Source of the DNA: Lama guanicoe
Lineage: Eukaryota
Length of the DNA stretch: 64,000 nt
Direction: 5' to 3'
Assembly: GCA_013239625.1 (NCBI GenBank)
Contig: MU056000.1
Coordinates: forward strand, 14,846,851-14,910,850
Below the pieces are notes generated by a model that was not told the DNA's origin, made no database searches, and saw only the letters and a program-made list of their open reading frames with translations. Shown one piece after another: positions 12,389-24,299 of this stretch (the stretch's first letter is position 1; every line of letters begins with the position of its first letter). The translations under genes and the position numbers were made by a program.

Positions 12389-13879
12389 CCATAAAATTGT
12401 GCATATAAGACATAAAAAATGAACTAAACCATATTAAATTCAATTTTTGATAGCAGAACATAATTGCATATGCTGCCTTACAGAAACAATTAGTATTTTT
12501 CAAAATGGAACAAATGAAGTGATACCCAAATGATAACAAGCACACTTTTATACAAAATGGTGTGTAAATTTACTGAGAACATTATATAAATAAGGACATT
12601 TCAAGGCATACATATACTCCTTGGTTTCTCATTGCTACTTATTGGAACTGTCATCTGTGTGTGACCTCATCCAGCCTGAGTGAGGATTTTACTGGCGAGG
12701 AAAATACCCCTTCCCTTAGTCATGACTGTTTTCTATCCCTACCCACCCCTGCCTCACTATTCTAGAGACTGGCTTTGTGCCTGGCTCCCCTTATAAGGTA
12801 AAGGTAACAGGAGTCATACAAATGAACAAAATTCTCAGCACGTTTCTGGCGCAAATGTCCAGTTTCCAGGAGCACCTCTTGGCAGGCTCTGTCTTATGTT
12901 CTGTCTGTGATTCAGGTTTGTCCATTGCTCCTTAGTGTCGACAGTGAAAATCAGTGCAGACTAGCCAAGTTGAACAGTAGGGAGGGATTTGAACGACTGA
13001 CTCTTCTTAAATCGTATGAACATGTGCCTGCATTATATAACAAGTGAAACTTTGAATGATCTTCAAGGTGAATCTGGAGCAGAGTAAACTGTTCTGATTC
13101 ATTTTTAAGTTCAGTGAAATACGAGGAAATTATCTGTGAAGTGAAACTTCTCTGTCCTGTCTACTTGAATAAAAAATGTTAGAAAAATTATTCACAGTTT
13201 CTGTATGAAAGACACTGTATTCTGTTCATGCTTTTAAATATATGTTGTTCCTCCACATCTCATACCCTAAGTTTACAAGATACATAATGAAACTCATGAA
13301 ATTAAAATCCTAAATTGATTTTAATCCTCACTTAATAACTACTAAGTCACCATATACTTCCTTATCTTCTAAGATTGTTTATTATTGGCAGCATTTCCAA
13401 GATAAACATAAATAACTCTTCAATGAGAATCCTTCAATTCATGAACCATGGGGTCTATGATGTACATAATTTTTTTTTAAATCTCCTTTCTTCTGCATGT
13501 GGTCTTTTTTTTTTTTTAGTAAATTAATGGCAGGGTACAGCTGGATGCTTCTGGAGACTTAATCTTTGATATTGTTAAAGTGTGAACCTGATAAGAAACC
13601 TTGTGACCCAATACAGGCTTGTTTGAAGATGTGCATAATTGTAAACATTCAGATGTAATGAGCGGTTAGATTTGGGAAGCAAGTAACTGATCAGAGAGAT
13701 GTAAGTATGACTTTTTATGATGAAATAACTGACAAATGATAGATTGGTTTATATGGTCTAATCTAGAGAGAGAGAGAGAGAGCAGAGTAGTTAGAACACA
13801 GGCTCTGCCTGGAACCAGAGACTTGATCCAGAACAAGCTCTAGTATTTGTTCAAATTTTGCCCCATAATTTCCTACTGC

Positions 13880-14150
13880 CTCAGCTTCTGGAATTGTAAG
13901 CTTGTCCTCCTCAACTCAGTGAAGTCACAGGTTTCTGCTCACATTGTTCTGCTTCTGAAATTGTTCCAGACAGAAAGCTTGGGTGACGTAGAACTAATGT
14001 TGTTTATTTCTTTCCTCTTGGGGAGCAGAGTCTTACAGTGTCACACTGTCAATATTTTGGAGTCGGTAGTTTTATTTTACCCAGTTTTCCTGTGGATTAA
14101 AGTCGGAAGTTAAATCTATTCTTTGTTATTTTATTATGGCCTGAAGAGAC
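13880..14150 (-). mobile_element. Old L1ME-type 5' end fragment
   Basis: GAAAGCTTGGGTGACGTAGAACTAATGTTGTTTATTTCTTTCCTCTTGGGG...CCCAGTTTTCC...ATTATGGCCTGAAG matches the reverse of L1ME 5' ends. Confidence 0.6.
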
Positions 14151-14269
14151 ATTCTTCTCTTTCTTACTTATTTAAATTTCTCTCTCATTAATTAAAATCT
14201 AGGCTACCTAAACTCGTGAGGAAACCCTTACTTCTCTCCTCCACTAATGTCACCCTCTTTCATAATCCT

Positions 14270-15000
14270 GCCCAATGAATGTGCATGCTGGAGTAATGGC
14301 ATTTGAGTTCCAACAGGCACCGTAATTTTTTTTTTAAACAATTTCTGAATTATATTTGTGTGACAGGGTCAAACTCTCCTCTTCTTGTTGCCCTATTTAT
14401 TCAGCTTCTTACAGTGGTGATTTCTTGATCCTGCAGATGGAAATCTTCCACTGAGCTGTCAGGGTTAACATAGAGCAGCGGCCATTCTCCAGGCTGGACA
14501 GATGGGTATTTAAAGCTGCCTGTTTGGCTGAAGCATCAATAAGAGGATTCCCTTTAGCTTCCATCCAGATTTGGAATGCCCTGATACTTTAATAATTGCC
14601 AGCTTTTGGTAGTAGTATACCATTTAATAACTCTGCAACATGTTTTCTATTTTTTTAATAAGCTGTCCTGAAAAGGTTAAACCTCTTGTAGTTTCCACTG
14701 CATTCCAAAGTCATGTGCCACTCCAACGGCATAATGACTGTCAGTATCAATATTTACTGTCTGATCTTTAGCTGGTTGATGAGCTTGAGGAAAAGCAATT
14801 AATTCAGCTTATTGTGCTTTATTTTTGATGAAAAAGAGCTTTCAGTTATGTCCATTGTGGATGTTACTGCATATCCATCTTGATAATGCCCCCAATCATT
14901 CTTTAAGTAGGACCCATCTGTAAACCAAATTAGACCAGCATTATCAATAGAAATTTCTGTTAGTAAAATGTAGCTGTGGTCATTTTCTTCCTGTAGCACC
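14270..15000 (-). pseudogene. pol: ERV1 pol remnant: RNase H and start of the integrase region
   Basis: LIWFTDGSYLK...GYAVT, then with frameshifts Q*AELIAF, VNIDTDSHYAVGVAHDFGMQWK, LAIIKVSGHS and GNPLIDASAKQAA, which are the class I RNase H motifs. Confidence 0.9.
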
Positions 15001-15432
15001 AGAAGCAAAAGTTGCAGGGTTAAGTTTATTTTTTTGACATAGAACAATTTTAAAATAATAGCTAAAATTATGACTAGTAACATTATACCAGAATATATCC
15101 CAAATTTAACAACTTCATATAATCTCCACAACATTTATATTAATATCATTTACCCACACAAAATAACCTAAGAAGGTTTAGCACCATTCATTTGACAATG
15201 CTTTCTATGTAATTAACATACCAAATAAGTCCAACTAAGTTTAATTTCTATCTTTGAAATGTTTTAGATGCCCTCTGGAGTACCCCCAAAGTTATTTGAG
15301 GTCAAAAGAACTTCATTTTGAATTTGATTTGAGGAAACTTTACAATCTGTTATCAAAAGCAGGTCAACATTTCGAGAAAACTTTGTCACCTAACAGAAAA
15401 TCTAATTCTAGTTTTGCACCAGCTTACTTTTA

Positions 15433-15537
15433 GTGTTTGTGTGTGTTCACTTTTTCCCCCAGTGGAAGTACTGGGGATTGAACACAGGACCTGGTGTATG
15501 CTAAGCATGCACTCTACCACTGAGCTATACCCACACC
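15433..15537 (-). mobile_element. tRNA(Ala)-derived SINE, camelid Vic-1 type
   Basis: Minus strand GGTGTGGGTATAGCTCAGTGGTAGAGTGCATGCTTAGCATACACCAGGTCCTGTGTTCAATCCCCAGTAC with A and B boxes. Exact 17-nt flanking duplication GCACCAGCTTACTTTTA (15416-15432 / 15538-15554) at a TT/AAAA site. Confidence 0.9.
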
Positions 15538-15979
15538 GCACCAGCTTACTTTTAATATCAAAATTCACTTAATTAAATTCATTTCAGTATTAGTCCTGAC
15601 CATGTCAAAACTCTTCTCAGAGTTTCTTTTCCACAAACTTTCTACAATTTTCTATATCCATATTAATTTGTCACTTTTTTTTTTCCCATTTAAAAATAAC
15701 CGGCTTTGGGACAAAAACCACTTGATTTTCGCCTCAACAAAAAAAATTTCCATTTCTTACCATCTTTTATGGAAAATACACACCCTACTTTCCTTGCATG
15801 GAAATGTTTCCCTTATAATCTTTAGTAGCTACAATCACATATATTAATCAGAATTTTTAAACTGTTGAAACCCCAATCTCTAGTGAAAACCAAGCAAGCA
15901 ATTGTGAACTGTCATATCGCATTTCTTAACTGACAAACTTATGAGTATATTCCATAACCTCTATACACATACATTTTTC

Positions 15980-16516
15980 TATTACCCCAAAAGGTGAAGA
16001 CCCTGGTTCTTGTCATACTGGAAAGACAAGTTTGCAGCTGGGAGATGGTGCACTGTGTAGTGAAAAATTTTAAAAGATTATTTAAAAAGAAAGGAAAAGT
16101 ATATCTCCAAGAACTGGAGGCGGTTGTTCCACGGAAGGAAAGGCATCATTTTTTTCTCCCCTTTCTCTTATACCCTCGCTTATAGGTAGTCTCTTGATTA
16201 ATTGATGTCTCTTGTCCCTGGAATGCTTAGTCAATGCTTAGGCCCCTTTGTGCATGTCCTTACCCTTAGTGTACATGGCAAAACCCATGGAGGGGGCTGA
16301 ACTGCAATGTTAATTTTAATACAACGAAAATTAGATTCTGTCTGGCTTAAGTCCTCTCTGCCACCACACAGTCATGGTTGTCCTGTTTTAACCAGTTTCT
16401 TGCTGGTGCTCATTTAGAGGAAGTGAAGTCCCTTTATGCTGAAGGGGGGCATACTGCCATCTTCCCTCTCCTGCACCTTCTCTGCCTGGTGCCCCTACTT
16501 ACCTAACTACCTAACA
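15980..16516 (-). mobile_element. ERV1-type solo LTR nested in the provirus
   Basis: Ends ...CTACCTAACA; related in sequence to the LTR at 16607-17166; no clear TSD. Confidence 0.7.
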
Positions 16517-16606
16517 TAACAATATAATTTCTTTCCTCATGTGTCCCATAAAACCAAACATCTTTAGTTTTTTTCTCTAATAAGACAAAGTGTACAAACT
16601 TAGACT

Positions 16607-17166
16607 TGTTACTAGGAAAAGGGGAATAAGAGTTACCTTGGTTCTTAGTCACCCCCAAAAATGAATTTTTAATGAGAGACAGAAAGCATGGTATAAACAA
16701 GATTTTGTTAGTAAAGTTAAAAAGTTAGTAAAATATAATACACTCCTGAGAACTGGGAATGGGCCAATCCAAGAGAGAAAAATGGCCCCACTCCTTTGTT
16801 TCTCCTTTCTTATATCCTGGCATAGGGGCATTTTTGTGACTGATTGATGGCTCAGTTCCTTGTATTCAGGCATGCCCATCTCTTTTGTGCAGGTTCTTAC
16901 CCATGATGCACACAGAAACCTATGGGCGGGGCTCAAATCACAATGTTAATTACATTATAATGAGCATTGGGTCAAGTTAATCCAAGTCCTTCTCTCTAAT
17001 GTGCAGCCACAGCATTCGATTCTAGCTGGCTTCTTGGTTGGCTTTCAGAGAAAGTAAGTTTTTGGAGCCCCTTATCCTGAGCGCAGGTGTACTGTTATTT
17101 TCTAGGTTACTCCTTTCCCCTTCCTCTCCTCCTGCCTGGTGCTCATTTCTAACTGACTGCCCAACA
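16607..17166 (-). mobile_element. ERV1-type solo LTR nested in the provirus
   Basis: TGTT...AACA termini with a 4-bp TSD GACT (16603-16606 / 17167-17170). Confidence 0.9.
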
Positions 17167-18759
17167 GACTTAGCAATTAATGATTCAGTATTTTGTTTTA
17201 TTTGGAAATGATCTCGATATTCATGGAATTCCCATCATTTAACTTAATATAGCAAAATCAAATTTCAAATGTCAGGAAGGTTTGGAGAAGCTAATTGAAG
17301 TAGATGTACCATAAAGCATAATTATGTTTAAAGAGTTCACTGAAAACATTTATCACATTTACATTTAATTTACTTAAAATATCATTGAACCAAATTATTT
17401 TTCTTGCTAACAAATTTGTAACAGAGATAATGTGAACTTATTTGATTTTAGTAAACTTAGGTACAGTAAAAGTTTTATACTTAATGCTGTCAACTCTAAA
17501 GATAGACCTATTTAATTAAATCAATAAATGTAAACATATTTCACTCATTAAAGATTAATCCTAGATCACCCGACCTTTAAAAAATTTAGATTGGTTTCTG
17601 TTACATTTAGAAATACTTAATTTTTAAGCACTTATATTAAGCCCGTTAAATAGAGCTCTTTTACAAACTAGTTTTGATAATACCATCTGAAGGTCGAGAC
17701 AAATCATATCTCTAATGTACACATAGACATATAAACATAGACAACCAAAGATCTGATAGCTTCATTTTAAAACTTAGTTCATGAACCAGGTATTACAATA
17801 GAAACTCACTAGTTTCTAAATAAAAGTTGGAATAAATTAAATTTACTTGTTTGAGTTTAAAAATGCCTATCCCCTGCACCCCTCCTTTTTTTTCCCCACA
17901 GTTTTGAGTTCTAATGATTGAACAAAAGGCTGTGGTCTCAGGCAATGTGGTCTTTGTTTACTTTTCAAGGATATGACAGGAGCTATAACTTTAAGCTTTC
18001 TCCTAGGAGTACTTTTGTTCCCTTAGGGTCAGAATTTTGAAAAGATGTTTCATCAAGCTAGCTTTTTTCCTTCCCCCTAGCTGTAAATGCAAAAACCAGT
18101 TTTGGAATGTCAAAAGAGCCCCATCTTGGCCATTTAAGAGTAATCTTTTGTTAAATGTATCTATTTTGTACTTGCAGTTATCATCTCTATGTGGTACGTG
18201 AAGCCAGCTATTGTTTCAGTGGGTACCTTGCCGTCCAGGAGCTTTGGAAGCACAGTTTCCCATTTTCTTTTAGTATCACTTTATTTTAAAGTCTGAACAA
18301 TTTCTAAGGACTGTGCAGTGGGTCAGATGTGTGCTCATTGTAAACTTAGCTCCTCAAGGCATCACCCTTTACACAGTTCAGCTCTTTTGTGTCTTGGTTT
18401 CTCCTCAGTAGTCTAAAACCACCGTGGGGACTCAGGGCGATGGATGACCAATTCTTGTGCATGAGTGTCCTGGGCATGCCATAAATTACTTGAAGTGTCA
18501 TGGTGGGGTTCCCTGTGGGACCACTAAACATCATGACGTTCAGTCCTCCAACACTTCTGCTAGTTTCCCAGTCACCTGAGAATGCCTTGCAGCTAAAAGG
18601 AGCCAGTGTCCCTTCTCTTAGGAGCTGAATAGATTAATCTTCTCATTTTGCTATCAAAGAGTTTGTTCAGACTGTAAATATATATATCTTTCCAATTTTA
18701 AGTCAGATTTTAAAGGGTGAGCCAACCCATTTCATTCCAAAGTTCTTTTTAGGTCTTTC

Positions 18760-19196
18760 TGTTGTCAGAAAATAGATTCTTGCTTCAAACAGGAAAGAAT
18801 TCAAGAGCATGACATAGTAAAGTGAAAGCAAGTTTATTTAGAGACACACACTCCATAGACAAGAGTGTGGGCTGTCTCAAAAGGCAAGAGAGTGACCATG
18901 AGGTATGGAGCTGTCAGGTTTTATGAGCTTTGTAATTTTATAAGCTAATGAGTAGGAGGATTATTCCAACTACTTTGGGGAAGGGGCAGGGATTTCCAGG
19001 AATTGGGCCCCTGCCCACTTTTTGGCCTTTTATGGTCAGCCTAGGAAATGTCATGGCACCTGTGGGTGTGCCATGAGGCTCAAGATCTACTAGAAGTCAA
19101 ATTTTCTGCCATCTTGGTTGTAGTCAGTTTGTCCTGTCCTCAGTTGCAGTGTCATTCCTTCAATGGTTGTGTCCTGCCCTCTTCCCTCCTGTCTCA
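18760..19196 (-). mobile_element. ERV1-type solo LTR inserted in the provirus leader
   Basis: TG...CA termini, 4-bp TSD TTTC on both sides, and a minus-strand AATAAA (TTTATT at ~18833). Confidence 0.9.
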
Positions 19197-19492
19197 TTTC
19201 CTGCCTAGAAATTCCCCCCGGGTCCCTGCCAAGAAAGTCCTCCCTAGGTCTCTGCCAAGGTAGTTCCCCCTAGATCTCTTTTATCCAAGAAAGGAACAGT
19301 ACCCCCTTAAGAGTCTTAAGTCTTAAGATAACAGCTCAAATAAAAGTCACAGGCCATCTACTTAAGATAATGAGGTCCAGATATCCGAAAGAACTTACCA
19401 AAGCACCTGAAGTATGCTGTGAAGCTCAAGGGACTTATACAGGGTGCTGGTCCAAAGTAGATTCCAGGTGACCTCACATGGGTTTCTTTGAC

Positions 19493-19510
19493 ATACTGAT
19501 GACTACTCCA
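19493..19510 (-). other. Primer-binding site, tRNA-Ser type
   Basis: Minus strand TGGAGTAGTCATCAGTAT versus TGGCGTAGTCGGCAGGAT (14/18), directly after the LTR end. Confidence 0.8.
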
Positions 19511-19515
19511 AGCAA

Positions 19516-20016
19516 TATTGATTGAAATAATCAATAAAAACTTTTTAGTAAAATAGAGCAGAGTTTTATTTAAGCCAAACTGAGGACTACAGTCTGGGAA
19601 ACAACCTCTCAGAAGGCTCTGAGAAATTGCTCTGGAGAAGTATGGTTTTTAGCACATTTTTATGTCTTGTTAGAACAAAGAACATCAGAAAGACAATGGT
19701 ACATTTCTTCAAGTTTTCAAAAAACAAACAAAAAAGACAAGTTGGCATATGGTCTTGGCACCTGGGAAGGGAGCCTTATCACTGATGAAGTACTAACATT
19801 GGCATCCCATAAATGGAGGTGTTTATATCTATCTTCAAAGTATACATACTTTATTTCTGAACAATGTACACTTTTCTTTAGTAGTTAGGGCAAATATACA
19901 ATGTGTGTTTGATAGGCCGTGAGACAGGCTGTTCTAGTTAGCGTAAATTCATGCCAAATCATGTATAAGCCAAAATGGCTTCTCCATATCTCAATATGTG
20001 AAAATTTCTTCCATCA
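19516..20016 (-). mobile_element. MER41-like 5' LTR
   Basis: TTTTATTTAAGCCAAACTGAGGACTACAGTCTGGGAAACAACCTCTCAGAAGGCTCTGAGAAATTGCTC resembles cetartiodactyl MER41 LTRs; adjacent to the PBS. Confidence 0.75.
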
Positions 20017-20486
20017 CCACTAACCCCTTACTCTGATTAGTCTAGTCTATGTCAAACTTTGGCATCTATGGACCAACTTACAACTAGCTTGTAGAGCACT
20101 TACAGGCAGCACTGTGAATAAGGAACAGACTACTTAAGAAATGCCAACACAGTAGGCTTATTTGGTCAAGAATTGACATTTTTTAAAGTTGAAATTTATG
20201 GCTACTAGTCCTCTGTTCCTGTGATCTTTTCACTCAAATTGTTGTGAAGTCATTGTTGGTTTTCATCACTAAAGTTCCTTTAAATAGAGATGTTATCTGT
20301 GTTCTCAATCTTCTTGAATACATATATTTAATTAAGCTTCTACTTAAGCTTTGAGACATTAATTTTCTTTCATTTCCATGCTTATCCATAGCTGTGTTAA
20401 ATGCCAAGAAGTTATTTGACTTCTGCAACTCCCAAAACAAATGAAAATGTACAAGTTCTATTCATGTTTGTCCCTACTTCAGTTTG

Positions 20487-20760
20487 CTCATTCATTCAAT
20501 AAATGTTGATTGAGTGCTTTATACCTACCATTCATTATTATAGGTGCTGAAGATAGAACAATAAATAAATCTAACTTTCTAATGTCTTTGAATACTCATT
20601 GGAAGAGTGAGATAATCAATGAACAAATAAATTAAAAAAAGATAATATATTTTTCAGATAATGAAAAGTGCAGTGAAGAAAAATAAGATTAATAAAAAAA
20701 CTAGAGAAGATGGACCATCTGGGGATCTCTGAAGATTTGACATATGAGTGAAAACCACCC
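20487..20760 (-). mobile_element. L2 3' end
   Basis: TCATTCATTCAATAAATGTTGATTGAGTGC...AGGTGCTGAAGATAG. Confidence 0.75.
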
Positions 20761-23700
20761 ACAACACATACATACATTTATTTAATATGTCAACCTGACT
20801 CTTTTTCTCTATCCCTTCCCACTTAAATCTTTCCATACAACTCTTACATACAACTTATATATGACTATAATACTTTCCATTTTCCTTATAAGACCTTTGA
20901 TTAATAATTCTGAAAAAAGTAACATAATGAGATTTCTCCTAGATTAAGAATTTACTATTCACTACCCATTTCTGAAGAACTGTCCTAAATGCCTTTTAAT
21001 TCATTAAGCTCTGCCATGAGGGAAATCTTACAAAAAAATTCTAAGTAGCCTTTACTTCAAGTCAGTCAAGGATGATTCTTGGAAATAGAATATTATTTAC
21101 ATTTATCACTGAACATTATGATAAACTATTGCATTTTCTCTGCAAATATCTGTCCATCAGCATAATTCTTTATATCTTTTCTTTACCTAACTCCTATATA
21201 CATGTATACATATATATAAGTTTTAGACAAAAAAGCAAAACATATATAATATCTCTAACATCATAAGTTACAATAATATTTTTAAAAAGTCAAATAAAGT
21301 CAGAGTTACAAATAAATATAGCTAGTGGAAATCACAAATGCAGGCAGAAAATTAACATTTATATTACTCTCTGTGTTCCAGAAAGCATTCATAAGACTTG
21401 TCCTATTTTAATTATTTTTCGTGGTGGTTTGCTACTCTCCACATGGGTACAAAGTCATTCTATTCAGTTTATCTTTCACAAAACACAAAGGGATTCTAGG
21501 TGTTAAATAATTCACAATGAAGCCTGGAGCTCATAGTTGTATTGCCAGAAGCCTTGCCAAAAACAGATATGGCCATGTCTGAAATCAGAAATCGCTCTTT
21601 TTGGGCTTTCTCCAGCAGACAGAACTTACAGCATTTAGAGAAGTTCCTGTGACACAGATTAGGATGTTAAAATGTATGTTTTACTAGTGGACGACCCCAT
21701 TCTATTGCAGCAGAATTGGTGGTAGGCAAAGTTGAAAAATAGGAGAGGCTGCACCTCCTAATTACACCTAATATTTTTTGAGGGGTCCTCTCCTTTTGAA
21801 AACCACACTGTTTTGGAAGGAGACTGTCTCCACATCTTTGTTGGTAGATTGCTGCCTCCTTAGCAAACGGTGTACAGTATTTCATGAAGACCAAGACAGA
21901 TAAGAACCAAGTGTGGCCATTGAATTTGAAAATGTGAGTATCACTGATGATATTTTCCAAATTACATGTAATGAAATGAGGGGAGAAGAGTTAACTTCAG
22001 GAAAATTAAGATGAAAAAATCCACCAAGAAGTATTACATAGAAGCACGAATATGATTATAGTTAAGTTTTGTAAACCGAGAACAGATCTTAGTGGTTAGA
22101 TTTAGTGGTAAGCAAACTAGGCAGTTGCTATGAATAGATGATAAATGAGATATTTTTGGAAGTTGGGACACTGAAACACTTCAGAAATTAGGTTGTAGAT
22201 GTAACTAACCACAGTAGCAATTTCCACAATAACCTGAGTGAAAATAAGTATTTCCATAATGCAAAAATGTAAAAAACCATTACATACAGTTAGTTTTAAA
22301 TTGTATTTTCCAAAGAAATTAATATTGGTGTAACAGTTTTATTTACATATAACCCAGAGATTATCTTAAAAATGCCAATATTGCAGAAAGAACTTACAAA
22401 TAAAAATTCCTAAAACTTAAATATATGTTATACACTATTTTTTTCTCAAATATAATTTAACCAACAGATTGGTGACTAAACATATTATTTTCATTTATGT
22501 CCAAGGCTCAGTGAAAAACAACAAAAACAAAGTCTAGTTCTGAGAAAATCAAGAGGAAAAGTATTACCATGAAAGTAAGTGGGACTCAGTATTTTTATTA
22601 GAGCTTTACTACCACATCCCTGAGGAAACACTCTTGAAACAGTAGAAAACTGATAAAACTAATATGTTACTTGCTGGATTCCTGTTTTCAGACCTGAAAT
22701 AGGTAAACTTTGCTGTAGGCCCCAGTAGTCAACTATAATAGAATAAAAAATTCAATTTTACAAACATACAGAATTCCAGGTCGGTGAGAACTAACACAGT
22801 TCACAAATTTTGTAAGGTTGGTTGAGTTATAAGATTTCATAGGCTGGAGATTTTGAAAATCATAGGATATGAGAGAAAATGATTAATGAGCATAGTATAG
22901 AGATTAACTTTCAGCTGAACAAGGGTTAAATATATTGGAAGATACTTGTACAAACTGTTAAATATAAATAGATACATATATAAATATATCAAAGTATTTA
23001 GTTAGAGAAGCAGATGAATATATTAATAAGCTTAAAATTTGAGCAGCATGCATTTTCCCCATTTCTCATATAATACCATGAATATAGTATTTAATTTCTC
23101 TCTACCACGATGAAACTGTTCGGGGAAATACTCTAATTACATCAAATATCTTTCTCAAAGAGTTATGTTAAACTTGTTTCTAAATTAAAAAAAATTATTT
23201 TAAGAAGACTATCTAAAATACAGATGCAAATACAGTGATTTAAAATCAAAGCAAATTTCAAGTAGTGATTATGATTCATGGCAAAATCCATTCTTCAAGG
23301 GACTATAAGTAATTTGTTTTTGTCCACAAGGAGCTCAATAGCCACTAGTCTTAGATTATTAGACTATTGATCATCTATGCGCCTCATCCTTTTTATGCAT
23401 CTTGTATTCCTAATGTTTGCAACTGAAAAACTATTGTTTTGAAAGCAGAAAGCTCTTAGTCAGGAAGATGGATTGACATTAAATATTGAGTGATGATCTT
23501 CCCATAGTGTAAATTTAATCTACATAGACAACAAATAATTACCAAATCTAATCCTATGCAAGTATTTGTCAATTGAACTTGTGTTATTCACTTATATTAA
23601 ACACATTATAAATGTGAATGAGTAAAAAATGCTGTACTCCTAAAATGGAACATTATGCAATTAAAATAATGTTATAGATTAAAGTTAACTTTCACCTTAA

Positions 23701-24299
23701 AGGAAATGGATGGTCCTAAACCTAAGTTTACTATCAGATGCATCAAATAAAGATTAAGTGATTATTTAGTAATGGGAGGTAAAACACATTTATAAAAATC
23801 TCATTAAAATAACATTTAAAAAAATCTAAATCCATTAGTTCATTTTTTGAAAGAAGACAGAAATAGTTCTTAGAATTTGATGAGTTTATAAATAATAAGG
23901 AGAAAAATGTTTTAAGTCCAGGAAGAAGGGAAAACAAAACAATGACAAAACAAACAAAGGAAATCACGTCCCAACTAAGGAGGTGAAGACTGTTGGAGAA
24001 GTTAGTCATTCAGAATAGCTGTGAGCTGATGACAGTAGTCCTACAAAGCAGGTGTACAGCTCAGGGTGATTAACCATGGACCTGTATTAGGTCAGCGTGT
24101 CAGTCGGCCCTGCTCTCTCCTGCTTGTAACACTCAAGGTGCTTGCAGACTAAGGCAGGGAAGGCCACTACTGGGCTGTGTGGGAGCTGCAGCTCTTTCAA
24201 AAGTGTCAACACCACAGGGATAGGAAAGTCTCACATCTTGGAGATACACTAACAGCACAATCCACACAGAAGCAGCATCTGCCCCTCCCTACAAATTTC

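Larger units (their letters stand above)
14270..20016 (-). mobile_element. MER41/MER4-group-like ERV1 provirus (5' LTR, PBS, leader, AT-rich internal region, pol remnant; 3' part lost) with nested insertions
   Basis: Collinear on the minus strand: LTR 20016-19516, PBS 19510-19493, donor GGTAAGTTC (~19400), MER4-like internal sequence, then RNase H. Confidence 0.8.

Noticed and set aside
14799..15134. 111-aa ORF with a hydrophobic N-terminus fused to RNase H
   Set aside because: A chance read-through from AT-rich ERV internal sequence into a frameshifted pol remnant.
15460..15537. tRNA gene
   Set aside because: It has a tail and TSDs and imperfect stems, so it is a tRNA-derived SINE.
22695..22701. 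Possible 11-nt micro-exon (TTTTCAG|ACCTGAAATAG|GTAAAC) near 22691-22701
   Set aside because: Such motif pairs arise by chance; no supporting context.
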